Shown here in pieces: positions 24,761 to 38,311 of a stretch of 64,000 nt of DNA. This DNA comes from Octopus sinensis. Taxonomy: Eukaryota. The stretch spans positions 112,220,001 through 112,284,000 of the forward strand of contig NC_043001.1 in assembly GCF_006345805.1 (NCBI RefSeq), read 5' to 3'. The translations under genes were made by a program, and so were the position numbers. Under the pieces are notes generated by a model. It searched no databases. It was not told the origin of the DNA and saw only the letters and a list, made by a program, of their open reading frames with translations. The number at the start of each line of letters is the position of its first letter. The first letter of the stretch is position 1.

Positions 24761-25312
24761 ATATATATATATATATATATATGCATGTAAAGTTAATCCG
24801 AACATGTATGTATGTATGTATGTATGTATGTATGTATGTATGTATGTATGTATGTATGTATGTATGTATGTAGGAGCTAAGATGAGTTGAAAAAATAGTG
24901 GCTTGTGGCCTCAGTAATCTGCATACTTTAATTATAATTAAGTTAAACGTAATAACTTAGATTGGCCAATGGCATGTAGATGAACATTGACAAATACAGG
25001 TTTATCAAATACCGTACAACATAGATTCTTAATATATTGAGTATCTCTGCCTCTGGAGGATATGTCACAATTACTATATGCTCTTTATATCTAATTGTTA
25101 TGCTCACTTCATGTTTCTTTGTTATTCTTGGCTATCTCTCTCTTCCGTGTTTCTGCCTGTCTCTCTCACTCTTTAAGTATGTATGTGTATCTGAAATATG
25201 TTTGTGTACACACACACACACACACACACATTAATGTACATGCATACATACATAGGTAGGCAGACAGACATACAAACATACATACTGACAGATAGCTAGC
25301 TAGCTAGCTAGC

Positions 25313-25373
<61 letters not shown>

Positions 25374-25668
25374 GATACAAAAATGAGCTAGTATTACTTT
25401 CTTCATGGAAATTATCAATCTCGCAGGTATGGTATTCCTGTTCACCTAGAGGAATATAACAATCTTACCTTTAAAACCACTTCGTTCCAGTGCCTTGTGT
25501 CTAAACCTCCAACTCATATTGATATCGTAATGGTCACTCAATGGCGGTTGTAATTTTGCTTTAGGCAATATCTTATAAACAATCTCGTATGTTTAGCTTT
25601 CATTTCTAAATATACACCGTGTAGCACTCAAACACGGATTTCTAACAGCAAGGGCTAAAATTGCAATA

Positions 25669-26102
25669 AAGTAATCCCTCGACTATCATGGAGGATACAT
25701 TCCAAAACTCCCTGCGATATATTTAAAAATTTTTTAATAATTTGTATGTATTTATTTTATTATATATGCAAAACTACACCACGCACTCGCCTCCCGAGTT
25801 TCATTTTCCATACAGTATGTGCGATTCTTTGTTGACTCATCTACGGCACGCTACGTATTTTCTTTTAATATATTTGGATTAATGTGTTATACAGTGCAGT
25901 ACCGTACTGTACTTTTATTTATTAATTTATTAATATTTAGGAGTGAAAATGCTTATTTTACCACAGAAATAATTAAAATTTAAAAAAAATATAAATACTT
26001 TTGGGCCTCAGAAAGCCGCGATATGCTGAGGAGTTTGCGGTTTAAAATCCGCAATGTATTGAGGGTGCGATAGGTGAACCACATTATGGCGAGTGATTAC
26101 TG
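25669..26102. mobile_element. Tigger/pogo-like MITE, complete
   Basis: TA|AAGTAATCCCTCGACTAT ... ATGGCGAGTGATTACTG|TA imperfect TIRs with TA duplication; no ORF. Confidence 0.75.
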
Positions 26103-26224
26103 TACAGGAACGGAAATACATATGGAGCTCTAAATAGGAGTTATTTGTCAAGCAGGACTTGTGCCAAAAGGGGTAACTTTCTCGGTGCAATCCATGGTAT
26201 TCCTGATCGAAGGGGGTCTTTAGA

Positions 26225-26274
<50 letters not shown>

Positions 26275-26316
26275 TATAATATATATATACAATACATATA
26301 TATATATATATATCTA

Positions 26317-26379
<63 letters not shown>

Positions 26380-26489
26380 TATTATTAATAAAAGGAATTC
26401 CAACCTTGTCTGGTTTTCACGTTTTATTGACAAATATAATATGATATAAAATAAAATAAATAACAGAATGTTAAATGTTCATTCTGATG

Positions 26490-26532
26490 GAACTAGTACT
26501 TTCATGCATAAAATTATGCAATCTTCAGGTTC
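26490..26532 (-). ncRNA. Minimal type I hammerhead ribozyme
   Basis: Minus strand GAAC-CTGAAGA-T-TGCATA-ATTT-TATGCA-T-GAAA-GTAC-TA-GTTC: 4-bp stem I, 6-bp stem II with a U.U at its base, palindromic AGTACT stem III. Confidence 0.6.
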
Positions 26533-26593
26533 AGATTTAAACCATGTTCGCATGCAGTCAAAAGTGTGAGCATGACTGTCACCACTACTACAT

Positions 26594-26636
26594 GAACCTG
26601 AAGATTGCATAATTTAATGCATGAAAGTACTATTTC
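26594..26636 (+). ncRNA. Minimal type I hammerhead ribozyme, stem I mismatch
   Basis: GAAC-CTGAAGA(26598-604)-TTGCAT..ATGCAT-GAAA-GTAC-TA-TTTC; sister of 26490-26532. Confidence 0.5.
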
Positions 26637-26805
26637 AATCACAATGAACATTTAACATACTATTATTTTATTTTATTATATTATATTATATCATTATAAG
26701 ATTGTAAATAAAAACGTGAAAACCAGACAAGGTTGGAATTCCTTTTATTAATATATTCTTCTATACACAATCACACACCCGTATCTCTCTCCTCTCTCTC
26801 TCTCT

Positions 26806-26857
<52 letters not shown>

Positions 26858-27463
26858 GGTGTGTCTGTACATCTGTATGGTGGTTCTAAGGTTTCTCTTT
26901 GTTTTTGTTTTCTCTCCTACCTTTCACTATTACCATCTCCACTAACAATTGCTACATGTTTCCCTTCTATCCCCACCCCCGCCACTCTCTACCTTCCCTA
27001 CTAATTGCCGTTAACTCCATCAACACAATAACTATAAACAACAAAGGTCCACACAATACACTTGCGAAATCTGTGTAAATTCCACAGGTTTCACTAATTA
27101 TCTAAGCAATATATTGTATCACACATACACATATACATATATATGCACATACAAGCACGCTAATACACTCATACGTATCATTACATTTTTTATATGCATA
27201 ATTCCTATTTCTAATAAACTCTATCGTATTAATCATATAGATGTAAAATTGATATATAATGTTATTCACAGAGAGAGACAGACAGACAGAACAGATGTAT
27301 TGTTTTGGTAATACATAGATTAAATTTAAAACGAAGACAAAATATCGTATATAGCCGATGATACGTTACAAAAGTTACGAAGATTTTGATAGATGATACG
27401 TCGCATATCGATATGAAGCAGTTAAGATGGGTAGTAGTTATGAGCACTATAAAAGACAAACGT

Positions 27464-27695
27464 AAGGCGGCGAGCTGGCAGAACCGTTAGCACGCCGGGC
27501 GAAATGCGTAGCCGTATTTCGTCTGCCGTTACGTTCTGAGTTCAAATTCCGCCGAGGTCGACTTTGCCTTTCATCCTTTCGGGGTCGATAAATTAAGTAC
27601 CAGTTACGCACTGGGGTCGATGTAATCGATTTAACCCGTTTGTCTGTCTTTGTTTGTCCCCTCTATGTTTAGCCCCTTCTGGGTAGTAAAGAAAC
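27464..27695 (+). mobile_element. SINE family A, full length with 14-bp TSD
   Basis: Direct repeat TATAAAAGACAAAC at 27448-27461 and 27697-27710; tRNA-like head with GAGTTCAAATTCC B-box. Confidence 0.92.
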
Positions 27696-27748
27696 ATATA
27701 AAAGACAAACCGTTAACGCAATTGTCTTTTATAGTGCTAATATTTAAA

Positions 27749-27980
27749 TAATAACATACATTGACACAGTTCTGTTGTATAGTTGTTGGAGTGATAATTG
27801 TATATTAATGAAGTCTAAGCAATAACATTGAGACAGTTTTGCTGTGTAGTTGTGATCTCAATGGAATATAATACATCGAAACAGTTTTGTTGGATTGCAG
27901 TGGTGTCTGGGTAATGACAGATACTGTTGAATAGTTGTGATGTATGTGTAATGATATCCGTTGAAACACTTCTATTGCAC
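27749..27980. repeat. Degenerate minisatellite (about 40-70-bp units)
   Basis: Repeated ACATTGA.ACAGTT.TG.TG..TAGTTGT motif. Confidence 0.55.
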
Positions 27981-28275
27981 ATTAGTGAAATCTGCGTAGT
28001 AACAGGCATTGAGAGAATCCCGTTGTAGGCGCAGGCGTGGCTGAATGGTAATGGCAAGAAGTTTGCTTCCCGACCACATGGTTCCGGGTTCAGTCCTACT
28101 GCATAACACTTTGAATGTCTTCTGCTATAGCCTCGGGTCAACCAAAGCCTTGTGACTAAATTTAGTGAATTTGGTAGGCGGAAACTCAAAAGAAGCCCGT
28201 CGTATATGTATATATATATATATATATTATATACAAATAAATGAAATAATGGAGTTGAACGACGATTTAAACACA

Positions 28276-28363
28276 TTCCTTTATTCTCGACATATGTTTC
28301 GAAGTTGCATATTCCTAATTTCGAAGGAATAAGGGTGCATATTCTGCCTCATCAATCAGGAGA
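28276..28363 (-). ncRNA. Disrupted hammerhead, same family as 38213-38311
   Basis: Stem I TCTC/GAGA and GAAACATATGTC are intact, but the core reads CTGA-TTGA-TGA (4-nt insertion). Confidence 0.5.
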
Positions 28364-30193
28364 GACAATGCATACGTAAATACATACATGTATATCTACA
28401 TACCTACATATATACATATATATAAACATATATTCCCAAAATTAGGGAATGGAGTAGATAAGACCTGCGAGTTAATATGGGATCCTTTGACGACAATGTA
28501 AACTTCAGGTATTGTCAGCTCGACCACTGGCTAGCCGATTATTCTTCGTTTGGATACTTACTACTTCAGATGTTCTGCTAGCTATAAAGCATATGTATCC
28601 TGGACTTTATTTACTTCATTCCCTAATTTTGGGATTTTTATTCGCGTACACAGCAACTCTTGCTGCTAACCGTGAAGTATAAAATAACTTTTTGCAGTTT
28701 ATCGAACTTCGATATGGGAAAAATTTGCAACCTTCTACATCAATAAACCACTGTTGCTGCTGAAAGTTGTTTTTTTATATACCTTCTACGAACTGCTCGA
28801 ACTCACCCTACACCTCGATCCTTGGATCTTACCCTTTACATATAAACATATATATATTATATAATATATATATAATATATATATATGATATTATATATAT
28901 ATATATTATATATATATATATATATATGTATGTGTATTATAATATGCATGTATGTATATATTATATATATAACTAATTTAAATTTAAAATAATTAGGGTG
29001 AAAATTGAATATTAATTTGATTAATATCAATTTAAAACCAGTGGTCTAGCATATTAAAATCTGAAGATTCAGAAAAATTATAAGAGGGATGACCACTACA
29101 TGGACATCCTTATGTGTTTAATTCCTTATATGTTTAAATGTACACTGTATTTTATGACTAATACATAGTCTTGGGACTAAATTTTTACATGCTAGGCCAC
29201 TGGAAATGAAAGTTCCTATTAATTTCCATTTCGCTTTGATATGATTATGTATATATATATATATATATAATATACAGATAGATAGATGGAGAGAGAGAGA
29301 GAGATGTTAGATGTATATTTACATACATGCATATATAAAAATACATACATGAGGGCAGCTGCATCGAACTCTCTCATGCACCAAATTCGTGAAGTAAAAT
29401 CATATAGCAACACCAAATGGCGGTGCCCCAGCATGGCCACAGCTCGTGAGCTGAAAGTAGATAAGATAACAAAAAAATAAAATGAAATACATCCGTTTGT
29501 ATACATATAGATATAATTACATGCATGTGCATAGATGCATACTTGTACACGGGGATACTCCATACACTCACACACATAGGCACAGATACAGATACACACA
29601 AACGCACACACACGCTCGCAGACACACACATACACACGCACACAGAGTGGCACAGGCATAGTTCTTACAGCTCGTGCTTTTATGGACAACATTTGCATTT
29701 TACATTTGATAAAATTAAGGGTTATTTATCATATTGTTTTAATTCTTCGTATTAAATTCTGTTTTATATATTCTTCTTGAATTTGCCATTGTTCTTTCCG
29801 CTAGATAGGAACATACACACGCATGTACACACACACACATACACACACACACACACACACCACACACACACACACACACACGCACGCACAATTCCACGCG
29901 AAATCTGTAACAGAAAATAATGATTAAAAAATACGTCTGATGTTCAAAATGTCTGCCATGACAAGCATTTCCTTAACAAACGCTGATCCCCAGATAACTG
30001 TTAAATCTCATTACGTTCACACACAGATATAGAAATATAAATACATACGTACATAACGGCGGTGCATCAGCATGGCCGCAGCTCTGAGCTGAAACTAAAA
30101 AAAAAAAGAAAAAAGAAATACATACACACATACTATCATACATATATATATATATATATATAATATATAATATATATATATATATCGTTTGTG

Positions 30194-30227
<34 letters not shown>

Positions 30228-30310
30228 CACACACACAACACACACTCATATATATATATTCGGTATGTATATATATATATTATTATCCATTTCTATATGC
30301 ATTCATGTGT

Positions 30311-30352
<42 letters not shown>

Positions 30353-30511
30353 GTACATACACACGCACACACATCCGTACATACATGTCTTCGGGTCATA
30401 CAAGTCTCCAAGTCGAATATGAAGCTATGTGTGTGCAGTTCTGTTCGTAGCAAATATTCATTCGTCAACAGTCCCCCAGGCATTAAGGGTTCCTCACTGT
30501 CCCCTGTCTGC

Positions 30512-30592
30512 TCAGGGTCTATAGGCAATAGACGCTAATGATCCATCGTAGGGATATGGATATTTTGACATGTCAGGTTGTGATCGGAATTC
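30512..30592 (-). CDS. Candidate terminal coding exon (EFRSQPDMSKYPYPYDGSLASIAYRP-stop), product unidentified
   Basis: Unique-sequence island. Minus-strand acceptor TTTTTTTCTTTCTCTTTTATTCCTTGTCTGTCTGTCTGTTAG|G; phase 0 gives 26 codons to TGA. No homology recognised. Confidence 0.3.
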   Translation of the reverse strand, partial: EFRSQPDMSKYPYPYDGSLASIAYRP

Positions 30593-31724
30593 CTAACAGA
30601 CAGACAGACAAGGAATAAAAGAGAAAGAAAAAAACACGAACAACGAGGAAATCACTGAAAATATTGAAAGGGTTTTGCATTCGACTTTTCTGACATCATT
30701 ATATCAGTTTGTATCAGAGAATTTTTTTTAATTATCTTATGTGAAGTCACGCAGTCTGTGTGTCCCTTCTGTCCTTCGTTTAAAGAGGTATATATAAATC
30801 CAACAAGAGATGCCACCGTATGTATGAGTGTCAGTATGTATATTATATATTATATATTATATATATATACATACATACATACATATATATATATATACTA
30901 TATATATACATATATATATATATATATGCATCATAATATATATATATACATATATAAATATATATATATATATATTATATATAATATATATATATATAGC
31001 TATATCATAGATATATATATACATACATATATATAATATATAAATACAATATATATAAAAAAATCATATATATATATGTATATATATATACACCACACAC
31101 ACACATATATATATATACATGTGTGTATGGTATAGATAGTTTTATCTATGTATATATAAAACATATGCATAAATATATGTGTATGTGTGTATGTGTGTGT
31201 GTAGCAGGATAGATATTAATAGGTAAATAGGTAAATGAATAAATGACTGAAGACATGTGGGTATATATATATATATATATATATAATTTATATACTTGCA
31301 TATAATTACAATATCACGAATACTTTTATGATTTTATTTAAAATTCTGAATCCGAGCGTAATCTCTGATGAAGGAAATGTGGGGAACGGCCGTAAGATCC
31401 CTTCGTATGTATTGGATTCGTTTGAGGACTGCCCTTTTGGGATCATTGTGAACTGTCATTTAATCAGCTTGATACTTTTTGAGTTGTCTGTATGTATGTA
31501 ATGTATGTATGCTATTCTTCATCGATTTGGACACGGGAATTACACTATAATATGTATATATATATGATTTAATATGTTATATGTTCGCATATTTATAATG
31601 GCTTATATTATATATTATATATACACCCTCTGCATTTAGATGTATGTTGGCTTTGATGAAGTTTAATATCGACCTTGAAATTTTTCTCTTTCTAATCAAT
31701 ACTTTAGTGTATATATACGTAAAT

Positions 31725-31757
<33 letters not shown>

Positions 31758-31773
31758 CTCACACTCATACACT

Positions 31774-33054
31774 CACGGAGTGAGCGATCGATAAATTGTC
31801 GTCATGTTGTATTTTTAATTTCATTCATGTGCATTGTTAGTTTTTGATTTTGTTGATTACACCTTATGCTGGGGTCAGTTGGGCACTGTCTGTGAGAAAA
31901 ACAGCACCAAGACGCAATTCATTCTACCAGAAATTTGGTTGGAAACGACATGTTGTACTGCTTGGCATTCACACCGGAAATTTTAATACGAGCATTTCAG
32001 TGCTTGGGAGTCCATCTGAGGACAGTGCAGAGGATTCGGAAAAAGTTGGTTGAGTCTGTTGGTGATTACAAAGGTACGGCAGATCAGAAAACTCACTGTG
32101 GTCGTTCTGATAAGAAAAGGTTTCCTCAATTTGTTGGTGAGATCTAGGCCATGATTGACAGCGATCGCTCCAAGTCAATCAGGACAGGTCCATCACCAGG
32201 GATGTGAGAGCGTCTGAGTTTCTTATCAAATCTCATGAAGAGATTTGGTATTCCTCATACGAGATGAGAAAGGGCCAATTTGTATTCCAAGCCATCAAGG
32301 AGAAGTGAAAAGACGGCGCTAAGAAGCTTTTAAACAAACTGAAGCATCTCCGCCAACCCAACATACTTCAGATTTTCTCATACGAGAAAAATCTCTGCCA
32401 AGATTAGATGTTGAACCACAGAACAACCATTGGATTGCCGTGTCCCCAACACATGTACCGAGAGAGATAAAAATCAAACATCCAGTCAACATCATGGAGT
32501 TGGAGTGATCACTAGTGATGGTGACGTTATGCCTCCATCTGCGCACACGGCCTCAGACTCAATACGAAAGCTACATCAAGTGCCTGGAGAAGGTAGTGCT
32601 GCCCTGGCCTAAGAGGGTGGCTGCTGGAAGACCCTATGTCTAACAACGGGACTATGCACCATGTCATACAAGCAGGGGAACCCTGTCTTGGCTGTCAGGC
32701 AATTTCTGCGACCACATCACCCCTAACATCTGGCTACCTAACTCCCCAGACTGCAAACCCCTTGATTATTATGTGTCGGACGAAGTTGAGCGAGAGACCA
32801 ACAACACTACTTGCAACACTAAAGATTAACCGAAAGGAAGGCATACAGCAGCATTCATCCAAGAGAGTTGCAGGAGATTTCGAAGTCGTCTGGAGGCCGT
32901 GGTTGAAGCCAATGGCGATTTTATTGAATAAAGTTACCCTTTACTATTTCAAGATACTTTTATGTAATTTTAGTAAATATATCTATTAAAATGAGATGTC
33001 AGTGTTGTTTTCATTTTCGTGTAATTTAGACGACAATTTATTCATCACACCCTG
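31774..33054 (+). mobile_element. Decayed maT-type (DD37D) mariner-like transposon
   Basis: Broken frames give GVITSDGDVMPP, KCLEKVVLPW and DYAPCHTS...WLPNSPDCKPLD (37 residues between the two D). Right TIR GACGACAATTTATTCATCACACCCTG|TA; left TIR degenerate. Confidence 0.85.
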
Positions 33055-33095
<41 letters not shown>

Positions 33096-33099
33096 TTAT

Positions 33100-33149
<50 letters not shown>

Positions 33150-33278
33150 TGTGTGCGCGTGCGTGTGTGTGCATATATATATTATATATATATATATATA
33201 TATAAATATATAGATAATATACACAAATATATATACATATATATATATATGTATATATATATATGCACAAATATATAT

Positions 33279-33322
<44 letters not shown>

Positions 33323-33831
33323 ACGTACAAAACACACACACACAGACACACACACAACATATATATATATATATATATGTATATTCGCAGTGGGCTTCTT
33401 TCGGTTTCTGTCTACCAAATCCACTCACAAGTAAAAATCCGTATATGAATAAATAATCAACAAATTAGAATGTCCCCTTAAAACGTTTATCCTGACAAAC
33501 GTACCCCTTAGTACGTGATAACGTAGGTCAAAATGCCATGCAATATCTGTTGCAATTTATTTACATTCTGGATTCAAATCTTGCCTTTCGTTCCCCCAGG
33601 TTCGATAAAATAAAGAACCAGTCAAGTAATGGAGCCGATGCTAAAAAATAATGCGCTGAACTCAAAAATCAAAACTAGAGACAATTATTATTCTTACTAT
33701 TGGACTTCTGTAAGTGCAATATGGCTGACTTTTGTAATAACAGACATGAATGGCAGGCTGTGAGTTCATATCAATTGCAAGCGTTATGCTTTGATTCTAA
33801 ACAAAATTTTTAATACTATATTAGTTTGATG

Positions 33832-34215
33832 GGAAGCACTCCGTCGGTTACGACGACGAGGGTTCCAGTTGATCCGAATCAACGGAAGAGCCTGCTCGTG
33901 AAATTAACGTGTAAGAGGCTGAGCACTCCACAGACACGTGCACCCTTAACATAGTTCTCGGGGATATTCAGCGTGACACAGAGAGTGACAAAGCCGGCCC
34001 CTTGAAATACAGGTACAACAGAAACAGGAAGTATGAGTGAGAGAAAGTTGTGGTGAAAGAGTACAGCAGGGATCACCACCATCCCCTGCCGGAGCCTCGT
34101 AGAGCTTTAGGTGTTTTCGCTCAATAAACACTCACAACGCCCGGTCTGGGAATCGAAACCGCGATACTATGACCGCGAGTCCGCTGCCCTAACCACTGGG
34201 CCATTGCGCCTCCAC
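33832..34215 (-). mobile_element. tRNA-derived SINE family B, full length with 10-bp TSD
   Basis: TAGTTTGATG at 33822-31 and 34218-27; tRNA-like head at the right end. Confidence 0.9.
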
Positions 34216-36143
34216 AGTAGTTTGATGACGTTGATGCGGAGAGCAAGTTCCTTATCACCCGGATATATTAACTAAAATAGTCTTGCATCATATTTGTAGA
34301 TAATGTGTGTCGAAATATTCTTTCTAGGCACAGAAGATGTTGTTTATGTTTACAGACGCATTTGTTATTTTACCAGTTCATCGAACTTACTTATAGCTAC
34401 ACGGAGCAATGATTTATAAATGTTTGAACTGGGAAAGTTAGATCAAAACGACGGGTGCCGCACAACCTATCTCATTGAAGTAAGACAGTTAGAGATCGCC
34501 AGCAAGTCCCTCCACAGCGCCTACAACATGCTGAGCATCAGGGCTACCTGTAGGTTTAAGGCCATCAAGTTGGCTTCGGAGGTCGCAGACGTTGCATCAA
34601 GTTTGCTTCAGATCAAGAGGTGCGAACTCTGGATAGGATAGAGCTATCTAGGGTAATGCTAACTGGACACTAGATAGTGCCTTAATCAAGCCTTGTTGGG
34701 TCACTCGGGAGAGGATATCTGATTCCTGGAAGGCACTAAACACCAAAGAACCCTTAATAATATCACTGATGATGTGTCCAGATGCATCGTAAAATAATGC
34801 AGGAAAAATTAAACACTATCTTTGTTAAAATATAATGCAAGGATAATGGAGAGACTGAAAGCAAAGAAAAACGAAAGGAAACCTTTGACGAGAAAGAAGA
34901 TAGCGCAGTTACTATACACAAAACCTCAGTTTTTGTCAGAAATCATCCGAAGGTTAGTGGGGAAATGCAAAAGTAGATAATTTGAGTGGTACTCGAAAAT
35001 TATATCCATTGAAATGAGACCATTTAAATTAGAAACTAATTTTCCTGTCCGCATAAACTCTCACCAAAATATGCTTCCATTGCAATTCCTTTCTTATTCA
35101 CATTTTTGCTGTTGATTCCAGTTGCTTCTCCAAACAATATATCTTCACCATTTACTTGATCTGTCATACATTACTGCTGCCAGTATTCCATTTAATTCGC
35201 CATCCAAAGAGCCATACATAACAAATTAATATGGCACCCTAAATAAATGGATTATGCCCGAATAATCAGGGGAGTCTGGGGGTCGAAAGGTGGGAGCATC
35301 CCTATTAATTTGCTGATCAGCGTTTCCTTCATTTAGACGTTAGATTTTTCTCCTTCTTCTTACGAACCCCTACTCCCTCGGTTCTGGTAAGCCTCATACA
35401 CCTTCCCTAACATGGCTGTTCTTCATCGTTTACCCAAAATTCTTCCCATTCTCCTCCATCATTCCCCTTGCTTTGCCAAACCCAGGGGAACCATTTGTAT
35501 TCATTTGTGATTTCTGATCTTTCAATATCTTCGGGTTAATATGTGTGTATGCTTAAGTATGAATGTCTACGTATGAGTCAACGTATGTATGTATGTGTGT
35601 GTGTGCGTACGTATGTTTGTTTGAATGTATGCATGCTTATATGTATGTGTGTATGTATGTGTGTATGTATGTATGTATGTATGTATGTATGTATGTATGT
35701 ATGTATGTATGTATTTATGTCTGTACGTATGTATGTATATAAGTATGTATGTATGTGAGTATGTATGCATGTATGTTTGTATGTATGAGTGTATATATCT
35801 ATGGATGTATGTACATGTATGCATGCATGCATGTATGTATGTATGTATGTTTGTGTGAGTGTATGTATGTATATACGAATGTATGTATGTTTGTATGCAT
35901 ATATGTATGGGTGTATATGTATGCCTACATGTATGTATGTTTGTATATTTGTGTGAGTGTATGTGTGTATGTGTGTTTGTATGTATGTTTGTCTGTGCTT
36001 GTGCGCTTATATTTCCATGTATATGTGTGTGTGTGCGTGAATGTATGTGTATATGCATATGTATGTATATGTGTGCGCGTGTGTTTGTGAATGTTTGTGC
36101 GCATCTATGTGTATGTATATTGTACGTGTACGTGTGTGTGTGT

Positions 36144-36185
<42 letters not shown>

Positions 36186-36626
36186 GAAAAGAGAGGACAG
36201 TAATCATGGCGTTTCTTCAAAATAGCAACAATAACATTAACAACAACATAGTCATATCAACAACGGTTTTTAAAAAAAAAATTTTACTGATGTGATGTGA
36301 TGGAGTGGGCTGTGCCCACGGCCATCAGAGATTCACCATGACATGAAGATCGTGGTGGTCTTGTTGGAGATGGAGGATGCAGCAGTCATCACGATGATGA
36401 TGATGATGATGATGATGATGGTGGTGGCGGCAGTGGTGGTGAGGATGATGGTGGAGAATGCGCTGGCCATGATAATGATAATCATTATGACGATGACAAA
36501 GGTGACGGTGGTGGCAGTGGTGGTAGTCGTGGCAGCAGTAGTAATGATGATGATGATGATGCTGGTGATGTCCAAAAACAAAAAGTATAGAGGAGAAATA
36601 ATATGCCTGTAACGGGCCCGAAAGTA

Positions 36627-36634
36627 CAACGGGA

Positions 36635-36706
<72 letters not shown>

Positions 36707-36710
36707 ACTG

Positions 36711-36742
<32 letters not shown>

Positions 36743-36745
36743 GCA

Positions 36746-36814
<69 letters not shown>

Positions 36815-36854
36815 ACTACTACTACTACTACTGCTACTATTACTACTGCTACTA

Positions 36855-36886
<32 letters not shown>

Positions 36887-36935
36887 ACTACTACTACTAC
36901 TACTACAACTACTACTACTACTACTACTACTGCTG

Positions 36936-36970
<35 letters not shown>

Positions 36971-36986
36971 GCTACTACTACTACTG

Positions 36987-37027
<41 letters not shown>

Positions 37028-37100
37028 GCTACTATTACTACTACTACTACTACTTCTACTACTGCTGCTGCTACTACTACTACTACTACTGCTGCTGCTG

Positions 37101-37147
<47 letters not shown>

Positions 37148-37169
37148 GATGTTGCTGCCGTTACTGCTG

Positions 37170-37206
<37 letters not shown>

Positions 37207-37265
37207 AGTTATTATTACTTTTACTGCTGCTGCTACTGCTACGGCTGCTGCTGCTGCTAGTACTG
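36627..37265. repeat. Very long (CTA/CTG)n compound microsatellite
   Basis: About 640 bp of trinucleotide repeat; explains the 241-aa poly-L and 261-aa poly-S ORFs. Confidence 0.95.
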
Positions 37266-37887
37266 CTCACTGCTAATACTACTTACTATATCAAAACCTC
37301 AGGATTATCGTCTGGGGCATCGTTATGAGCTCCGCCGCATTCATCATCAGCGTTATCATCATCAGCATCATCGTTATCATCATCGTAGCTGTCGTCGCCT
37401 ATATCCTCATCATACTCATTCCTTTCCTCCTCTTCCTCCTTTTCCGCCTCCTCCTCCTAATCATCATCATCGATGTCGTCATCGTCATTATCATCATCAT
37501 CATCGTTATCATCATCGTAGCTGTCGTCGCCTTTATCCTCACCATCCTCTTCCTCAACCTCATCCCCTTCCCCCTCTTCTTCCTAATAGTCATCCTCATC
37601 AACGTCATCATTATCATCGTCATCATTTTCATCATTATCATCACAATAAGCGAATTAAAAACGATAACAGCGACAAGGCCAAATATAACGACAGCAAAAA
37701 CAACTACAACAACAGCAAGAACAACAATAACGGTGACCACCACAACGGCAAACAACAACATAAAGGATCTTGCTTCTCAACCACATGGCTCCAGGTTCAG
37801 TCTCACTGCGCGGCACCTTGGTCAAGTGTCTTCTATCATGATCTCGAGCCTTGGATTTGGTAGATGGACACTGAAAGATGCCCGACG

Positions 37888-37936
<49 letters not shown>

Positions 37937-38212
37937 CATTTGCAAACACACACACACAGACACAGATGCAGTTATATACACACACTCATACACACACACA
38001 AACACTCAAACTCATTAACAAAACATACACCCGTCAATCCCCATACATACAGCATACATTCTGTCCCCTTCCTATTTTTATAACTTCCTCCTTCCATCCA
38101 ATTTTGACGTCATTGCTTATAACGGATTATTTTAAATAAATACTCATTATCACTGTGGAAACCATGTAAGCAGACGGTAAGAAGCTTTTGTTCGTCTTGA
38201 GGCTGATAGAGG

Positions 38213-38311
38213 TTCCTTGTATTTCCTGATGAGAAGACGGCATAATGCAACCTTCATTCCTTCGGAATTAAGAATATGCAGTCTTCGAAACATATGTCGA
38301 AAGTAAAGGAA
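38213..38311 (+). ncRNA. Intact type I hammerhead ribozyme in a Penelope-like repeat
   Basis: Stem I TTTC/GAAA plus distal TTCCTT/AAGGAA; CTGATGA 38226-32; stem II GAAGAC/GTCTTC extended by GCATA/TATGC; GAAA 38287-90; palindromic ACATATGT; GUC cleavage after 38298. Confidence 0.8.

Larger units (their letters stand above)
26383..26753. mobile_element. 370-bp foldback (about 150-bp arms) carrying divergent hammerheads, probable Penelope-like pLTR pair
   Basis: TATTAATAAAAGGAATTCCAACCTTGTCTGGTTTTCACG at the left end and its reverse complement at the right end; lies in a (TA)n tract. Confidence 0.85.

Noticed and set aside
31366-31415. CTGATGAAGG...CCTTCG
   Set aside because: GAAA and stem III are missing.
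33832-34215. tRNA-like sequences at SINE heads
   Set aside because: They lack a complete cloverleaf and run into SINE bodies, with TSDs in several copies; not tRNA genes.
34768-34800. CTGATGA followed by GATG/CATC pairing
   Set aside because: No GAAA core or NUH with stem I.
36290-36570. His-rich minus-strand reading with apparent splice sites
   Set aside because: Composed of degenerate CAT/CAC repeats; not distinguishable from microsatellite decay.
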